From Trichoplax adhaerens (Eukaryota; Animalia; Placozoa), in the NCBI RefSeq assembly GCF_000150275.1, contig NW_002060951.1, positions 1,994,297 through 2,058,296 of the forward strand: a DNA stretch of 64,000 bases, given 5' to 3'. The notes under the pieces were generated by a model. It was not told the origin of the DNA, ran no database searches, and saw nothing but the letters and a program-made list of their open reading frames with translations. This document shows positions 44,301 through 58,866 of this stretch, piece by piece; within the stretch, counting starts at the first letter, position 1; each line of letters opens with the position of its first letter. Both the position numbers and the translations under genes were made by a program.

Positions 44301-46236
44301 AAATCTCGCTGAAATCATTCTATGCATTTATTCTCTTATTCGATATCCGTGAAACATTTGGAAAACGGTAAATAATTCGTTAATGCTGTTTAGCTACTAC
44401 AAAGTAAGTAGGATATACACTACAGCATACTAAAGAGTCATTTCAAAGTAAATTTTCGTTTTACAAATATAAAATACTATCTAAATTTAGCATTACGAAA
44501 GCAAGATATAACGCTATTCATTTATTGATTAATAGATCGAACTCTTTATTGCATCATTTAGTTTAATAGGACAAAAACTATGCTAAATATAGGCTTGGCT
44601 CTATTCATTATCACAGCTGTTAGTAGTTTTGAAATTTTAGAGAAAAATCTGATATTACGAGCATTTGGAACAATTTCATATTATCTACGAAGAGTAATTT
44701 GGACATTGTAGTATCAGTAGACAGAAGATGTTATCGTATTACCATAGCAAACCTATTTGGGGCGAGATTCTATTTTTCATAACTAGTAATAACATTTTAC
44801 TTGCGAAAAAAAGAAAGAAAATATGACTAATGAGCAGAACTGGTAAAGAAAATCTATAACAATTATCGGATTATTTTTTTACCCCTTAAAATGAAACTAG
44901 TGCGACATGGAGCAGTCATGGTACGATGTAGCATTATAATAAGACATCATGTTTAATAATTAAAAGTTAGACAGATGTCGTTTGATTGATTGATTGGCAG
45001 TATAATGGATTGTCTAAATTAATTATACGTGCCAACTAATTAGATTATGTTGATTATAAAAAAGAAATGTGCCTTACTTTTACCCTAAATGTTAAATTTT
45101 TCTACTTTATCCACAAGGATTGATTCTACTTTAAATTCGTATTATTTGACTAGTATTTCTACATCTGTACGCCATATCACACTTACTGTATCTTTTACCC
45201 ATCTTAAATGAGTGAGATAATTCTTTCGTACCGTAAATGGGTTCTAAGTACTTCTAATGGTGGAGATTACAATCGTAAGCGTCCTTTTAAGAGTAATTGC
45301 AACAATTACTACACTAATTGGAAATGATATTGCTGTTTATATTAAAAAAACCTAGATTCCTACAAATGTATCGAACTAATTATTCAATTAGTGAGAATAT
45401 ATAGGCATATCACTTATCTCTGCCTGTTTCTTCCCTAACTATGTGAAGCTACTATTTGAAAAACCTTCATAACAACAAAACGTATTGTTTCAAGCCTTTT
45501 TAAGCCAGCGATCGATAAAAGATGATTTAGTATAGTAATCTACGATTAAATACTTTATAGTTCGATTGAATTTAGAAACGTCGAGAAAATTTTCACTATT
45601 CCGGATTCTATACTGTATAGTAATTTATTAATAGCTGGAATATTATTATATTTTCTCCATAAGATTAGTATCGGTACTTTCAGTGTTTACTATGCTTAAA
45701 TAATCGTAAGAATTTCGTATCAAGAGAGACGGTGCGATGATACATATTCTTAATTCTATATACTGTCAAGTTGACTGCATCGGAATTAATAAAATTAATT
45801 CGTAATAGAGGAGGGAATTGATTGCTAATAGATAAAAAAGTGATTTAATATATACTTCGTATAATTTTTGCCTTTCAGCAGAGCTTTACAAATTTTAATT
45901 AGGAGTTTTTCATAGAACTAGTGGTGGATAAAATAGGCAGATCATATCTAATATTTTGAGGACTAATTGTTAGACCGGATACAATGCCTTAGAAGTGCAA
46001 TAGTTATGAGTACTAATCGGCGACAGCGCACTATGGATCTGCATATTTCTTTAATGTATCAGCATCCCAATAACATTTTATTCTGAATCTCTCAGTCTGT
46101 GATAGCAGTCTTACCATCTGTCGTGGTAAAGTGAGTTCAATGTTCATTTACGGTAATTTAGTACTTTAAGAGAGTTTGCAGTTATTACAATTCTTAATAT
46201 GCTTATGTTCCTCGCGTACAAGTAAAGATGCGATGC

Positions 46237-46724
46237 NNNNNNNNNNNNNNNNNNNNNNNNNNNNNNNNNNNNNNNNNNNNNNNNNNNNNNNNNNNNNNNN
46301 NNNNNNNNNNNNNNNNNNNNNNNNNNNNNNNNNNNNNNNNNNNNNNNNNNNNNNNNNNNNNNNNNNNNNNNNNNNNNNNNNNNNNNNNNNNNNNNNNNNN
46401 NNNNNNNNNNNNNNNNNNNNNNNNNNNNNNNNNNNNNNNNNNNNNNNNNNNNNNNNNNNNNNNNNNNNNNNNNNNNNNNNNNNNNNNNNNNNNNNNNNNN
46501 NNNNNNNNNNNNNNNNNNNNNNNNNNNNNNNNNNNNNNNNNNNNNNNNNNNNNNNNNNNNNNNNNNNNNNNNNNNNNNNNNNNNNNNNNNNNNNNNNNNN
46601 NNNNNNNNNNNNNNNNNNNNNNNNNNNNNNNNNNNNNNNNNNNNNNNNNNNNNNNNNNNNNNNNNNNNNNNNNNNNNNNNNNNNNNNNNNNNNNNNNNNN
46701 NNNNNNNNNNNNNNNNNNNNNNNN
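46237..46724. other. Assembly gap (488 N)
   Basis: Run of N. Confidence 1.
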
Positions 46725-49306
46725 CCATCAAACCAATTATACTATTATGCATAGATCAGTAAGAACTCTAAATTTTGACGAACACGGACATTAATTGTAG
46801 AAGGGAGTAATTACGACAAAATAGTTTCGTTTAATATCGCATTTGTACTGCATTTAATTAGCAGATATTAATACCTAGGATACGCAATTATACCGGTACT
46901 TCTATAGCAGATTTCGTACATTAGTCTGGCTATATGTAAACGCTCTAATTACTATATGATACAGATTGACTTATTGTGTTATATTGCTATAATATTATAC
47001 GAATAGTACTGATAACTGGGATATGTATGAACCGAATTACGCTAGCAACAGTAATACTTAAAGTAAGATCAAGTGGTGGTCGAATCTAGTTATTAGTCAC
47101 GTTATAGTTTATCTTGCATCACCACACTTATACACGCACGATGATCTCATGTACAAGATTAATAACAAAGGAGGAAAAACTAAATTCTCTTGCAACTGCT
47201 CCTTACTTTGCTGAGTTATCGAGTCTAATAAATATATCCATTTTCGACATTATAGACTTATATAATTAATGTACCTGATAACTAACAATTACAAAATTAT
47301 TATCAATGGTTTTCATTCACTATAACCTGCAGGTAATATATTGGCAAGAGAATAAAAATTAATTATCTATGAATTAGGGTATTTTCATATATTTTTTAAA
47401 TCTGTTATCACAGTAAATTATCACTCACATCGCATCAGTGTGTTAGTGCCTGCGTCACATTGTCAGTGGTATTTAATTGAAAGAGTCCCTGACTCGACAT
47501 TGGTGTTCAGCAACCCTTGAGGGTATTTCTAGATGTATATCCATTAGTTTAAAGCGATTTCATAGAGCTGTATTACAAATGAACTTTCTTATCTGTTATT
47601 TTACACCCTAAAAATATAAGCGATTTCAGATATATTATAATTTTCAATGCTTCGCGCTCTACAGTATACACTATCTCCAATAAAGAAATTTGATTGCAGA
47701 ACCGTTTCTTACGACATGGACGTATACCATACTAAAAAAACTAGCCGATTTTATATCGTAATTGGGGATGATAATTAGACTAAGAAATAAATTTTCAAAT
47801 TAGCAATTTCGCTTTAATTTTCAGTAGTGCATATGCATATAATAGATATCAGCGAAATCCGATGAAATTCAAATTTTCAATGTGGGCTCTTACAAACATT
47901 TCACTTCAAATCTAAAACAGCTAAATTACTTCTATGCTCATTAGCAAGAATCGTGAGAAATTATATTAATCAAATTCTGTCTCAATTCAACTATAATTTA
48001 TTATCACCTACTATCTGGTATGTTCGACTAATGAGACCGGGGGCATCAATTACCATATAAAACCAAAATTTTCTGGTATTTCATTAATACAGTATTTGAT
48101 TGTAAATTCAGAAGTGTATCATTATTAATGCCCTACAATTTCTGAGTAATTTGAATAGCAAGCACCGTGCAAAAGGTATTTTCCGACTTTCAATTAAATT
48201 TTATAAATGCTGCTGGCATGACTTGTCACACATCTTTTATCACATTACTATTCGGTCTATAATAGGAGAGTATCTTATTTCCATATATGCAGTTAATGCA
48301 TTTACGAAAATTAATGGTGATCATAATTAAATAAATTCCTTAATTTAATAATACTTTATTATGGCTACTCGTAAATTTCTAACTTTGCTCATAGATATCG
48401 ACTACGCGTTATGAATTAATCCACCATTCTATTACTAATTTGATTCTCGTCACGACAACACTATTTGGAGGGCATTGGCCAATATTATAGGCTATAAGTT
48501 GTGCAATAGGGAATTAGGCAGTACCTGAAAGGCTACAATTAAGGTTAGAATTAAAATTAACGATTCTTTGCTTCATGTAGGTTTAAGTGCGAATACCTGT
48601 AACATTTTACTCAATTCACTACCAACATAGTAGACTATACTTTATACTAGATAGAGATAAATGCGTAGCTACTGTAGTACAATTAATCAATTTATTCTAA
48701 TTGATTTTCGTCGAGCAAGCGAACCGCAAGGTATGGGTTGGGAATAATAATTTAGTTATAACTACCATGCATATGGTACAGTATCTACGCGCATTTAGTA
48801 GTTGTAAGCATAAAGCCAAAGTAGAAGATAGAAGGCTAGATAGAATCAGGGAAAGATTGCGATACTGTTATCATTAAACGTGATTCTCTATAAAAGGTCA
48901 AAATCAAATTACTTTAACAGGGGGAGGGTATTGTTCAGTGGAAGTTTTAACGGGTTGCCATGATCGAAAGAATCAAAGTGGTAAAACTACTACAGTAAGC
49001 ATATACTATCTATACCACTGCTAAAAGATGTAATGAATTATAAACAAGTATTTACGTAACTGCAGTGTGGTATATCAATGACGTTTTGCCTGGAAGCGCT
49101 ACTACTGGGAACTGCTATCTGTGTCCAATAGCGTGCATTAATTATAAGTCTTTTACTTCTAGGATTGATCTATACGTACAAGGGAGTAATTCTCCTCTAC
49201 AGAAAGTAACAATTCTTATTGCATAAATTTATTTATTTCTTTGATCGCTCTATAATACTGAGTACAATCCACTATACTCTCATCAAAGTGCCGATATGAT
49301 TATATA

Positions 49307-49366
49307 ATAATAATTTATTAGGGAAAATTAAATGAAGTTCATTAATTTTTCCTAATTATAATTATT
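49307..49366. repeat. AT-rich inverted repeat (hairpin)
   Basis: attagggaaaattaaatgaa-g-ttcattaatttttcctaat, about 19 bp imperfect stem extendable by flanking ataat/attat. Confidence 0.7.
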
Positions 49367-49544
49367 TTTATCAAAGAGGTGAAGATCTATGGAATAAAGA
49401 AAGAGCTGTTCCTATTTAGAGTGCATTATGGCACAGAACTACAATGTGATGAAATTCCTATTTTCGTTTTGTCGGCATGGTAGCTGCTTTTCTAGTGTGC
49501 AGTCACTTGGTGATGTTACGCCACTATGTGGAGTGTAGTAAGGA

Positions 49545-49835
49545 ACAGTACAGTGTAGTGTACCAGTAGTGGACAAAATACCCAGCTCAAGGTGAAGTAC
49601 TGTACTATATACTGTACACTGTAAAATACAGTACAGTGTACAGTACAGTACTCACAGTGCACAGTACAACATTGTACTGTAGATTTTTGTTACAGTCTCT
49701 CGTAGCAACTATTATTTTGTCCACAATGCAGTTGTTAAAGGACTTACAGTATGCTCAGCACAGTGTGGCCGTAATATGTACAGTACTGTACTGTACTGTA
49801 CTGTACGTACTGGACAGTAAACGTACAGTACACTG
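49545..49835. repeat. (TACAG)/(CTGTA) cloud in the GRK2 promoter/5' UTR
   Basis: acagtacagtgtag, gtactgtactatatactgtacactgta, tacagtacagtgtacagtacagtac, gtacagtactgtactgtactgtactgtacgtac, 240-530 bp upstream of the ATG. Confidence 0.85.
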
Positions 49836-50074
49836 CCTGATAAGGTTTCCCCAGTGGCAACTGTAAACCCTGTGTTAAGAAATGATCTTCAGGCGCTTCA
49901 AACACAAAATCATCCAATCTATACAGTATAAAACCGAATTTTACTAAAAAGCCCTTGTTCAATTTTATTGATCTCCCTCTGGTGCTCAGTGGTTGCGAAT
50001 AACTTACAACATAGAACATTCTCTTGGGTGTTTATTAATTTGTATTACGCATATTATTCCCCCCCAAAAGTAAA

Positions 50075-53000
50075 ATGGCAGACCTAGAGGCTGTACTGGC
50101 CGATGTGTCGTACTTAATGGCCATGGAAAAAAGTAAATCGACGCCTTCAGCAAGAGTGAGCAAGAAGATCCTTCTTCCTCATCCAAGGTTGGTAGAGAAT
50201 GTACAGTGTACGCTGTAATAGATATATTCAACCGACGTGTATTTCAGTAACGATGCAATTACACAGTATCGATGGCACCTTACTAATGACTGTATTAACT
50301 AATCTTTCAATGCTGATCGTCGCTTTGCGATGTTAACTATAATTGACTAATTTCATCGTTGAACCTTCAAATCGGCCTCTTCAGTGTACTGTACAGTACT
50401 GTAGATACAGTAATATCATCTTTCCCGGTATACTGCATATAATTCTTATACACTACACGTAGCGTATAATCAGTTAATCGCTAGAATATAATACCTTAAG
50501 TTACCGTAAGACTGATTGTTCCTTTCTATGCATTTTTGTGAACACAATTATTGTATAGTATAATTTATAACAGTGATTCAGCTTGTCTGTTCTACGTGTA
50601 TCACTATCTCTAAGTTATTGTAGTCTTGCTAGAAGATAACTAAGATCAAGTAAAATTATCTGTAGCTTACGCGTCTACGCCAATCAATAAAATTCCTTAT
50701 ACTGCTCTACACGTAGATTGCCAACGTCCTGTTGTTTACGATACTTGTCTCAAGTTTATTAAGGCAGTGAATACATATTACTATGACGGCTAATTTTACA
50801 GGGAATACTCAGTAGTACTGTCATCTATCGTACAAACTTATTTTAGTGTACTAACAGCCCTCTCACTCAGTGGTCGCTATTTTTGTTCTTCATTTCTTTT
50901 GGATGAGGATAAACATTAAAACTAAAAATTACATCTTATTCGACCAAGTCCTAAAAATACGCTTAAGTACTTAGCAGGGACCGTACAAGTATACCGTGCT
51001 GCAGTGTTCTTCATGCACTAGTAGTATACAGTACAGTAACCAATGACTGTAGTCCATGCAGAAGGACTAGTTTAGTGAATATGCAAATATGCAATCATCA
51101 GTATTAGGTATCCTAAAAGGATACTTTTCTATTCTTAAATTGCACGATATTTACGTTGTTAAACATTAACCTACACAATTAATAACTATTAAGTTAAGAT
51201 CAAAACCGTCTATAGACATGTATAATTGTACTAAATATGCTGCAATTGCAGACTTTGAATCTTCTAGTACTGTACTGTATGCAATATTGTACATAGAGTA
51301 CAGTACTAATGACATTGGCGTAAGTCGTTTCTCAATTTCTGTGCACTGTACTCATGTAAAGTACTGTATAATGAATGTGTCGATGTAGCACATATATGTA
51401 AGACTGGTATACTGTATATGTTTTATATATACTGTAATTATCTTACAAGTGTACATCACTGCTTCATTTTAAATTATTCTGGATATAGCGCTGATTTCAC
51501 TTGCACTCACATTCAGTAGAGATAGGTCAGTGCAGTTAGATAGTCCGCAAAAAGTTTTTGACAATCGATAGAAGTACTGTACGATATGGTACTTGCTTTT
51601 TTTGTCGAGTATTTGAAAAGCATAGACTACTAATAGTACTGGATAAAGTGATCCAGAATTTTGTTGTAGGACTGATTGAAGCTGGTAGTCTCGTACATGA
51701 CAGGTTAAATTAGGACTGACACAGAAGACAATCTTAGCAACTATGTTGCTGCTATATAGAACGTCAACACTGTAAGATCCTATTCTGCCTTAGCTAATAA
51801 ATTTACTATGGCATGTATGCTACGGATGTTTGTCAAGACAACTGAGTCTTAGTCCTAACCGGTTAATAACAGAGGGCCTAACAATCATAATTCTTTTTTA
51901 TGGTGTTGGCGCACTAAGACTCGACGTTGGTAACGCAATGTTTACCATCTGATACACGGCTGATTTTGTTTGCAGTGAAAGCTCAAAAGCTTGAAGTGCT
52001 GTCACTGCCGTACAGTACAGTACCTTGATTGTGAAGGTTTTTATTTTGACTTCTACTGTGTATAACATACTGTACAGTGTACAGTACAGTATGGACAGTA
52101 TGGTTGCTGAAGCAGAAATGAAGTTGGTGGGTGAAGACGGTTACCGTCTAGTACTCAATGTCATACATACTGTAGGTAAAAGAAATCTCTATGCACTGCG
52201 ACTGTACTATACCATGCATCGACTACTAGACATTCATTGTTCAGTAACTTAAATGCACCTGGTAGTAGTCCTTGACTTTACAGTTATGACAGTATGTCAT
52301 CTTCTCTATATGGATATAAACTCCCAATCGTAATAGATCCTAAAAAAAATGGAGTTCAATGTAAATTCAGATTAGTAATTGAAGAACACCTCAAATAGAA
52401 TCTGCAACTTCAGATCAATCTTTCAGTAATACAGTGTACTGTATAATCAAATGCGAAGATACAGTACTGTACTGTACACCACAGACTAGATGACAGACTT
52501 GTACCGTACGTACAGTACAATGATCTGCTTTCTTCGATATGTTTCAATAGTAAAAACTAGAAGTAAAACGCTCCAAAAAGACCAATCGCTATGAAGCTTC
52601 CTATACACATAGGTCTCTTATTGTAGAAAGCTACCCACTAATCGCGGATATAGAATCTCCAAGTCAAGCACTATCCGTACATATTAATTAAGAAGCATGC
52701 GTTTGCGATCCATTTTGTACAAATGCAAACATTGTAATATCGAGGGATCACGTCGCACAGTGTACAGTTGTGCTGTACAGTATCTTGTACTATGCTGGAC
52801 AGTACTGTACTATACTATACTGTAGGCTCTTTAAACTGGAAATTAAGGTTTTCTTCTAGAAGTCCATCACTTCGATAATGCGAGATACGTTGACAGAAGA
52901 CTATAATACTGTACAGTAGTCAGAAAGGATATTTTCCCTCAAGCTATACAGTACAAATATATTTTATCATTTCACCAGTATTTGAAGAGAAAATATTGAA

Positions 53001-56000
53001 ATATGTGTATTCAACGGTACAACGTTAGGTTCTCACAGCACGTTATGACAGATTGCTGGCTGGTAATTAAGCACTGCTCTCAGTAAATGGATCTACAGTA
53101 TATTGAATAGTAGCATTATCCCGTTATAGTTGTGCTATATGAACTAAGCTTCATGGCATAATTATATTCACCTCTTGCATTCTGTACTGTATATGAATAA
53201 AACTAATGTTAAGACTTAGTACCACCAAAGATATTGTACAAATATGAGGAACTTGATAATTTGTTTCGCTGACAATAAAAAATGTCTCTGCTCAATACAG
53301 AGCTTGTTCATGAAATTCATCACATGCACCATGCAATAAAACTGAATGTACTGAATTGTACTCTCATATCACGGACTGCAGTTAAGTAGTTAATAAATGA
53401 AACGGCTAGGGTCTGTTATAAATTAGGGTATTACTACTAAAGGTAGTGAAGTCATCTCGTTCTAAGAGTGAATATAGAATCGAAATATCGATTCTAAAAG
53501 ATAGCGTGCTCGTGAATTGAAAACTCTAACATCTATTCCTACTCTGATTTTATTTTCGCTGCAAATTTATACGCACATGTATTGTAGAAATAACCCAAGT
53601 ATTCGCTTCAAATTATAAATGATAGCTATTTTAGCTTTGAGGTATCTAGAATCCCTACTCCTGTTTATGGCAAATATACACTATTCATGTAACATCACTC
53701 TAAGTTGCTATGATTGTACAATGTACATGCATACTGAAATGCCTTGATGAGTAGTTAATAGACCATTATTCGTACAGTTACATCTACTGTACACGTATGT
53801 ATGCGTACTGGATATTTTTATCTTCAGCAAGTCATTTTATGGGATTTTAAATTAATGTGTACTTTTTGTAAAAGTGTCTTCATTCTATATGATTTTAAAC
53901 TAATAGGTACTTATTTTAAAATATGTCTTTAATTACATTTAGAAAAGATTTAAGGTGCAAACTTTACATCATTAAGTTTACGTTGCATTTAATAATGATT
54001 TAACTGTCTTTTTATATATATATATAAATATGGATGTACATTATATATACAAGTCAGTCTTCTCTTGGTTTCTAATTTTTCTTGACATTTTCTGTGAATC
54101 TTTTAGTGTCCACAATCTGATGCATAAACATTTAACAGGAAATGGTGAAAATACCTTTGATAAGATATTCGATCAGAAACTCGGTTAGTATGCACTATAC
54201 TACAGTATTAACAGTCGTCTCTACTGTATGTAGCTGTATTGTACAAAAATGTGTAAAATAGACATCGTGCACAATCTTTGCGCTACGCTATTAGTGATGC
54301 TTAATTTACGACATCTGCTTTACACACCCGTCAACCTCTATCAAGTTAAAGGAATCTTGCAATAAATTATATACGTAGTATTGTCAAAATTTCCTTTTGC
54401 AAAAAAATTATCATTCTAAAATCATATCACTATATACGAGTATACGCTGTGTAAAAATATGCCTCTAGCAGGCTCAATTTTTCGAGAGTTATTCAGGTGT
54501 TTTATAATAAGTTATTAATAATAACATATATGCTATTGCAGATTCTTAATATGGCATGCTTAATTGATATCTAAATTATTTATCTTTTCCATTATTTTAT
54601 AGGCTACTTGCTATTTAAAGATTTCTGTGAAAATCACATCAATGAACCCGTGCCACAATTGCACTTCTATGAGGAGGTAACCATGTTAATAAAAACATGT
54701 TGGAAATACCTTTTGTAATTCTTATACATTATTAGATTATGGAAGCAAAGCAGCTTTACATAATGATGCTACAACACATGATATATCACAAAGTCTTGGG
54801 CTATGATACTGTCATGTAACATTGTTGAATAACAAGCCAGTAGTTGCTTTATCTAACTTATTAATATGAATCTCTGCCAGTATTCAATGATAATGCTCTG
54901 TGCAATCTGAAAGCTTCGATGCTAAACTTTGTGTAATTATTCGAGAATGTGATTTGATACCAGAGTTTATCGTTATCAAAGCGTAAATGCCCAATTTTTG
55001 CATAAATTGCATGGAAATCCCATTATTCGCTGATCACACGGAATACGAAAATTATGTTAGTTTTATATTATGACAAGCACTATATCATTGAATTTGAGAA
55101 GTTTCTGGCATAAGTTACTTTCAATGATGATGAAATTTGTTGTTTAATTTATATATACAGTATGATCGTTATTTTTTATACCGTATATGTAATTCTTTGT
55201 TAAAGATCCTATTTTGCAGTTAGTGGCTCTACGAAATTCTTTTATTTATGTATATGTTGTTATTAGATTTTAGAGTATCAAAAATTAGATGATAAAGTGG
55301 ACCGAATAAAGAAAGGACGTGAAATTTTCGATAATCATATCATGAAAGAATTACTGACTTGCTCTCATGTAAGATGTTATACGCTAGACTTGATCGTAGT
55401 CACTTAGTTAATGCCAGCAAATTTAACTTAACGATATCTTTTATTTTTCTTTACCTCAGACCTTCAGTAAAGCAGCAACAGAACATGTGAGAAGCAATTT
55501 GTCAACTAATAACGTTCCGGTCAATTTATTTGAGGTAAGTATTATAGTTATAATTATACGGTCGTCTGGCCAGTGTCTAGAATAAAAGATCTGATATTTA
55601 ATTATTTTGTTGTCAATAATAAGATTTATTTAAAATAGAATTTATAACGATATATATAGTCTTAAATATTAATATTCAATGCGCTTGTATATTACAGCCG
55701 TATATAGAGGAAATACGAGACAGCTTACGTGGTCACGTGTTTAATCAGTTTGTAAAATGGTAATTGATCTGTTTACTTATTGGGATTACTAAATTAATTA
55801 TCATACTTATCATCAACGTGTTTTCTAAATCGTGAATTTCTACTTTTTAACACTACTACCGATAATTATAGTGACAGATATGTTAGATTTTGTCAATGGA
55901 AAAATCTTGAATTAAACATTCAGGTATAACTTGTGATTGCAAATCGTTTTGAATTTTTTCAGTTAATAACTGATGACTTTAATTGCAGTTGACAATGAAC

Positions 56001-58866
56001 GATTTTAGCGTTCATCGAATTATTGGTCGTGGTGGATTTGGCGAAGTATATGGTTGTCGTAAAGCTGACACAGGCAAAATGTGCGTTAAGATGCTACTTT
56101 TAATTGTTAAACCAACACATAAATGAATTATGCAATGATTATGCTATCTTTGACCAAATAAAGGTATGCAATGAAATGTTTGGATAAGAAACGAATCAAA
56201 TTGAAGCAAGGCGAAGCTTTAGCCTTAAATGAACGTGTTATGCTCTCTATGGTAATCGTTTACCGTTATTGATGCTGGTATTTTTTTAATTGGAGTCATT
56301 AACGGTATAACTGACGATTATTAATATGTCTCAAATACATAGGTAAATTGTCCATTTATTGTCTGTATGAGCTATGCTTTTCAAACACCGGACAAGTTAT
56401 GTTTTATCCTCGATCTGATGAACGGTAATTTGATAAGTGTCTGTTCTGCTTTTACTCTAGTCTATGAATTGTATGTTACCCTTGTATTAGAATATCGCTC
56501 ACCGTAATGTGTATAATTGCTATAACTACGAATTGCTCATGTTCTTTTTAGGTGGAGATTTGCACTATCATCTGACTCAGCATGGTGTCTTTTCAGAGGC
56601 GGATGTAAGGACAAATTTCACGTTATAAGAGTCTCTTCTAAGTAAAATTTTCTGACGTATATAATATTACTTTTAGATGAAGTTCTTTGCTAGTGAAATT
56701 ATACTTGGCTTAGAGCATTTGCACAACAAATTTATTGTTTACAGAGATTTGAAGGTAATTTTCATAGTAATATTTTACTGACCTTAGCAAGCCTTTAAAT
56801 ACTACATTTCACTACTTTGATATATATATAGCCAGCTAACATACTCCTTGATGAAGCTGGTCACGTTAGGATATCTGATCTTGGTCTAGCATGTGATTTC
56901 AGTAAGAAAAAGCCCCATGCTAGCGTGTACGTATATGAACAGTTTAATACTTAAAATGGTACTGTGCGTTGGATCATTGGTGAAATTATTATTAATAAAT
57001 AATTACAGAGGTACGCATGGTTATATGGCTCCGGAGGTATTACAGAAAGGAGTTGCATATGATTCAAGTGCTGACTGGTTTTCACTTGGTTGTATGTTGT
57101 ATAAATTACTTAGAGGGTACGAAAATCGCTATTATCTATTTGTAGTATTTGGGCATTTGAAATTCTTATGACAACAAATTTATTCAACCCTTAGACATAG
57201 TCCCTTTAGACAAAATAAGACTAAAGATAAGCATGCTATTGATCAGATGACGTTGACTGGGGTAAGTGATGGGCGCTGCTTAATTTATGATAGATTAGAT
57301 GAGTGCCTAGTTGCTAGCTGTAAATGGTAATGAAGATAAACCGTCACATTTGATTACGCATTTCTTAATAGGATGTAGATTTTCCTGATACCTGGACACC
57401 AGAGTGCAAAGATATTCTCCGCCGGTTACTTCTAAAAGACGTCGGCGAACGTGTTGGTTGTTGCGGAGGGTCGTGAGCGTTGACCTTAAACTCATACAAT
57501 ATATTGCACATGCAACATGCTTTTTTGTTATGAAAATTTATACTAGCAACTATACTGAAATTTGACTATGATATGCTGCTTTCAATAGTGCTACTGAGGT
57601 GAAAAACCATCCTTTCTTTCGTGAAACCGATTGGGATTTGGTAGGATTGCAGAAGGTATAACTATCTATGTGTTGTAAATTTTTTGTTGAAGTGATTTAA
57701 AATTTACTAATGTGATCAATAATACTCGGGCAATATGAACATAGTATCCACCGCCTTTAATACCTCCGAAGGGAGAAGTTAATGCCGCTGATGCTTTCGA
57801 TATTGGATCTTTTGATGATGAAGATACCAAAGGCATTAAGGTCCGTTTACGTATGGCTGCACTTTCTGAAAGATTAAAACATTTTTTGAGCCTGTTTTCC
57901 TACTTGTATTATTTATAGTAATACTTGTTATTTAGTATTTATTTCTTATATTGAATAGCTAACTGAAGCCGACCAAGAACTTTATAAGAACTTTCCTCTG
58001 GTCGTGTCTGATCGATGGCAGGCTGAAATAGCTGGTAACAAAAATTGATTATTTATTAGTTCTATAACAGTGTCATATTTTTGGAAATCTGATAACTTCC
58101 AATGATTAATGAAATTATTTTCTTTTATCTCAGAAACTGTCTTTAACATAGTGAATTCAGACGCCGATAAAATGGAATCAAAGAGAACAAATAAACAATG
58201 GGAGCAAGGTGCTTTCAATATAATTGGCTAAAAATTCCTACACTAGCCATAAAAATAGATAGCACGCTAACCTATTTCTTCATATAAAAACTGTAGAAAT
58301 TATGACATTAGAAGAAAACAGTGATGTAGTTGTTCATGGGTTTTTATACAAACTTGGTGGTCCTTTTCTGTCGCAATGGCAAAAACGCTATTTCCATTTA
58401 TTTCCGAATCGTTTAGAATGGAAACAAGATCAACAAGTAGGACTAACGGCTACATATAGAAATTGTGATATTACCTTAATATTAACGCGATTCATTTTTT
58501 GGTGTATATACTTATAGATATCATCAAAAACACTTTTAGTTTTTGAACGAGTAACTGATATTGAAGAGACTCTAATTAAAGGGTATAAATGTATCAAGAT
58601 AAATGTAAAAAATGGACGGGATTACATTTTAAGGGCCGAAGTAAGCGCATTCGATATTATTGCCGTATTAGTTTACGATTATAGAAATTTGTACAGAACT
58701 TCATAAAGTAACCCTGATTAGTATAAATTAAAAAGCTGGCCATATCGATAATTACTGTTTGTTATGATTGCAGACTGAAACTGAATATATAGAATGGTTG
58801 AAATGTTTCAAAGGTTGTTTTGAAGAAACACAGAGGATGCTTAAACGCGGAATGAAAAGAATATAG
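50075..58866 (+). CDS. GRK2: G protein-coupled receptor kinase 2/3 (beta-adrenergic receptor kinase; RH, kinase and PH domains), 23 exons
   Basis: Exon 1 (50075-50187) [35 protein letters not shown]. Later motifs: GYLLFKDFC; [13 protein letters not shown]; [12 protein letters not shown]; [43 protein letters not shown]; [13 protein letters not shown]; [28 protein letters not shown]; [23 protein letters not shown]; PH domain [24 protein letters not shown]. Last exon 58774-58866 ends in TAG. Confidence 0.97.

Noticed and set aside
46144-46794. Three ORFs of about 190-200 aa
   Set aside because: Artefacts of translating through the N gap.
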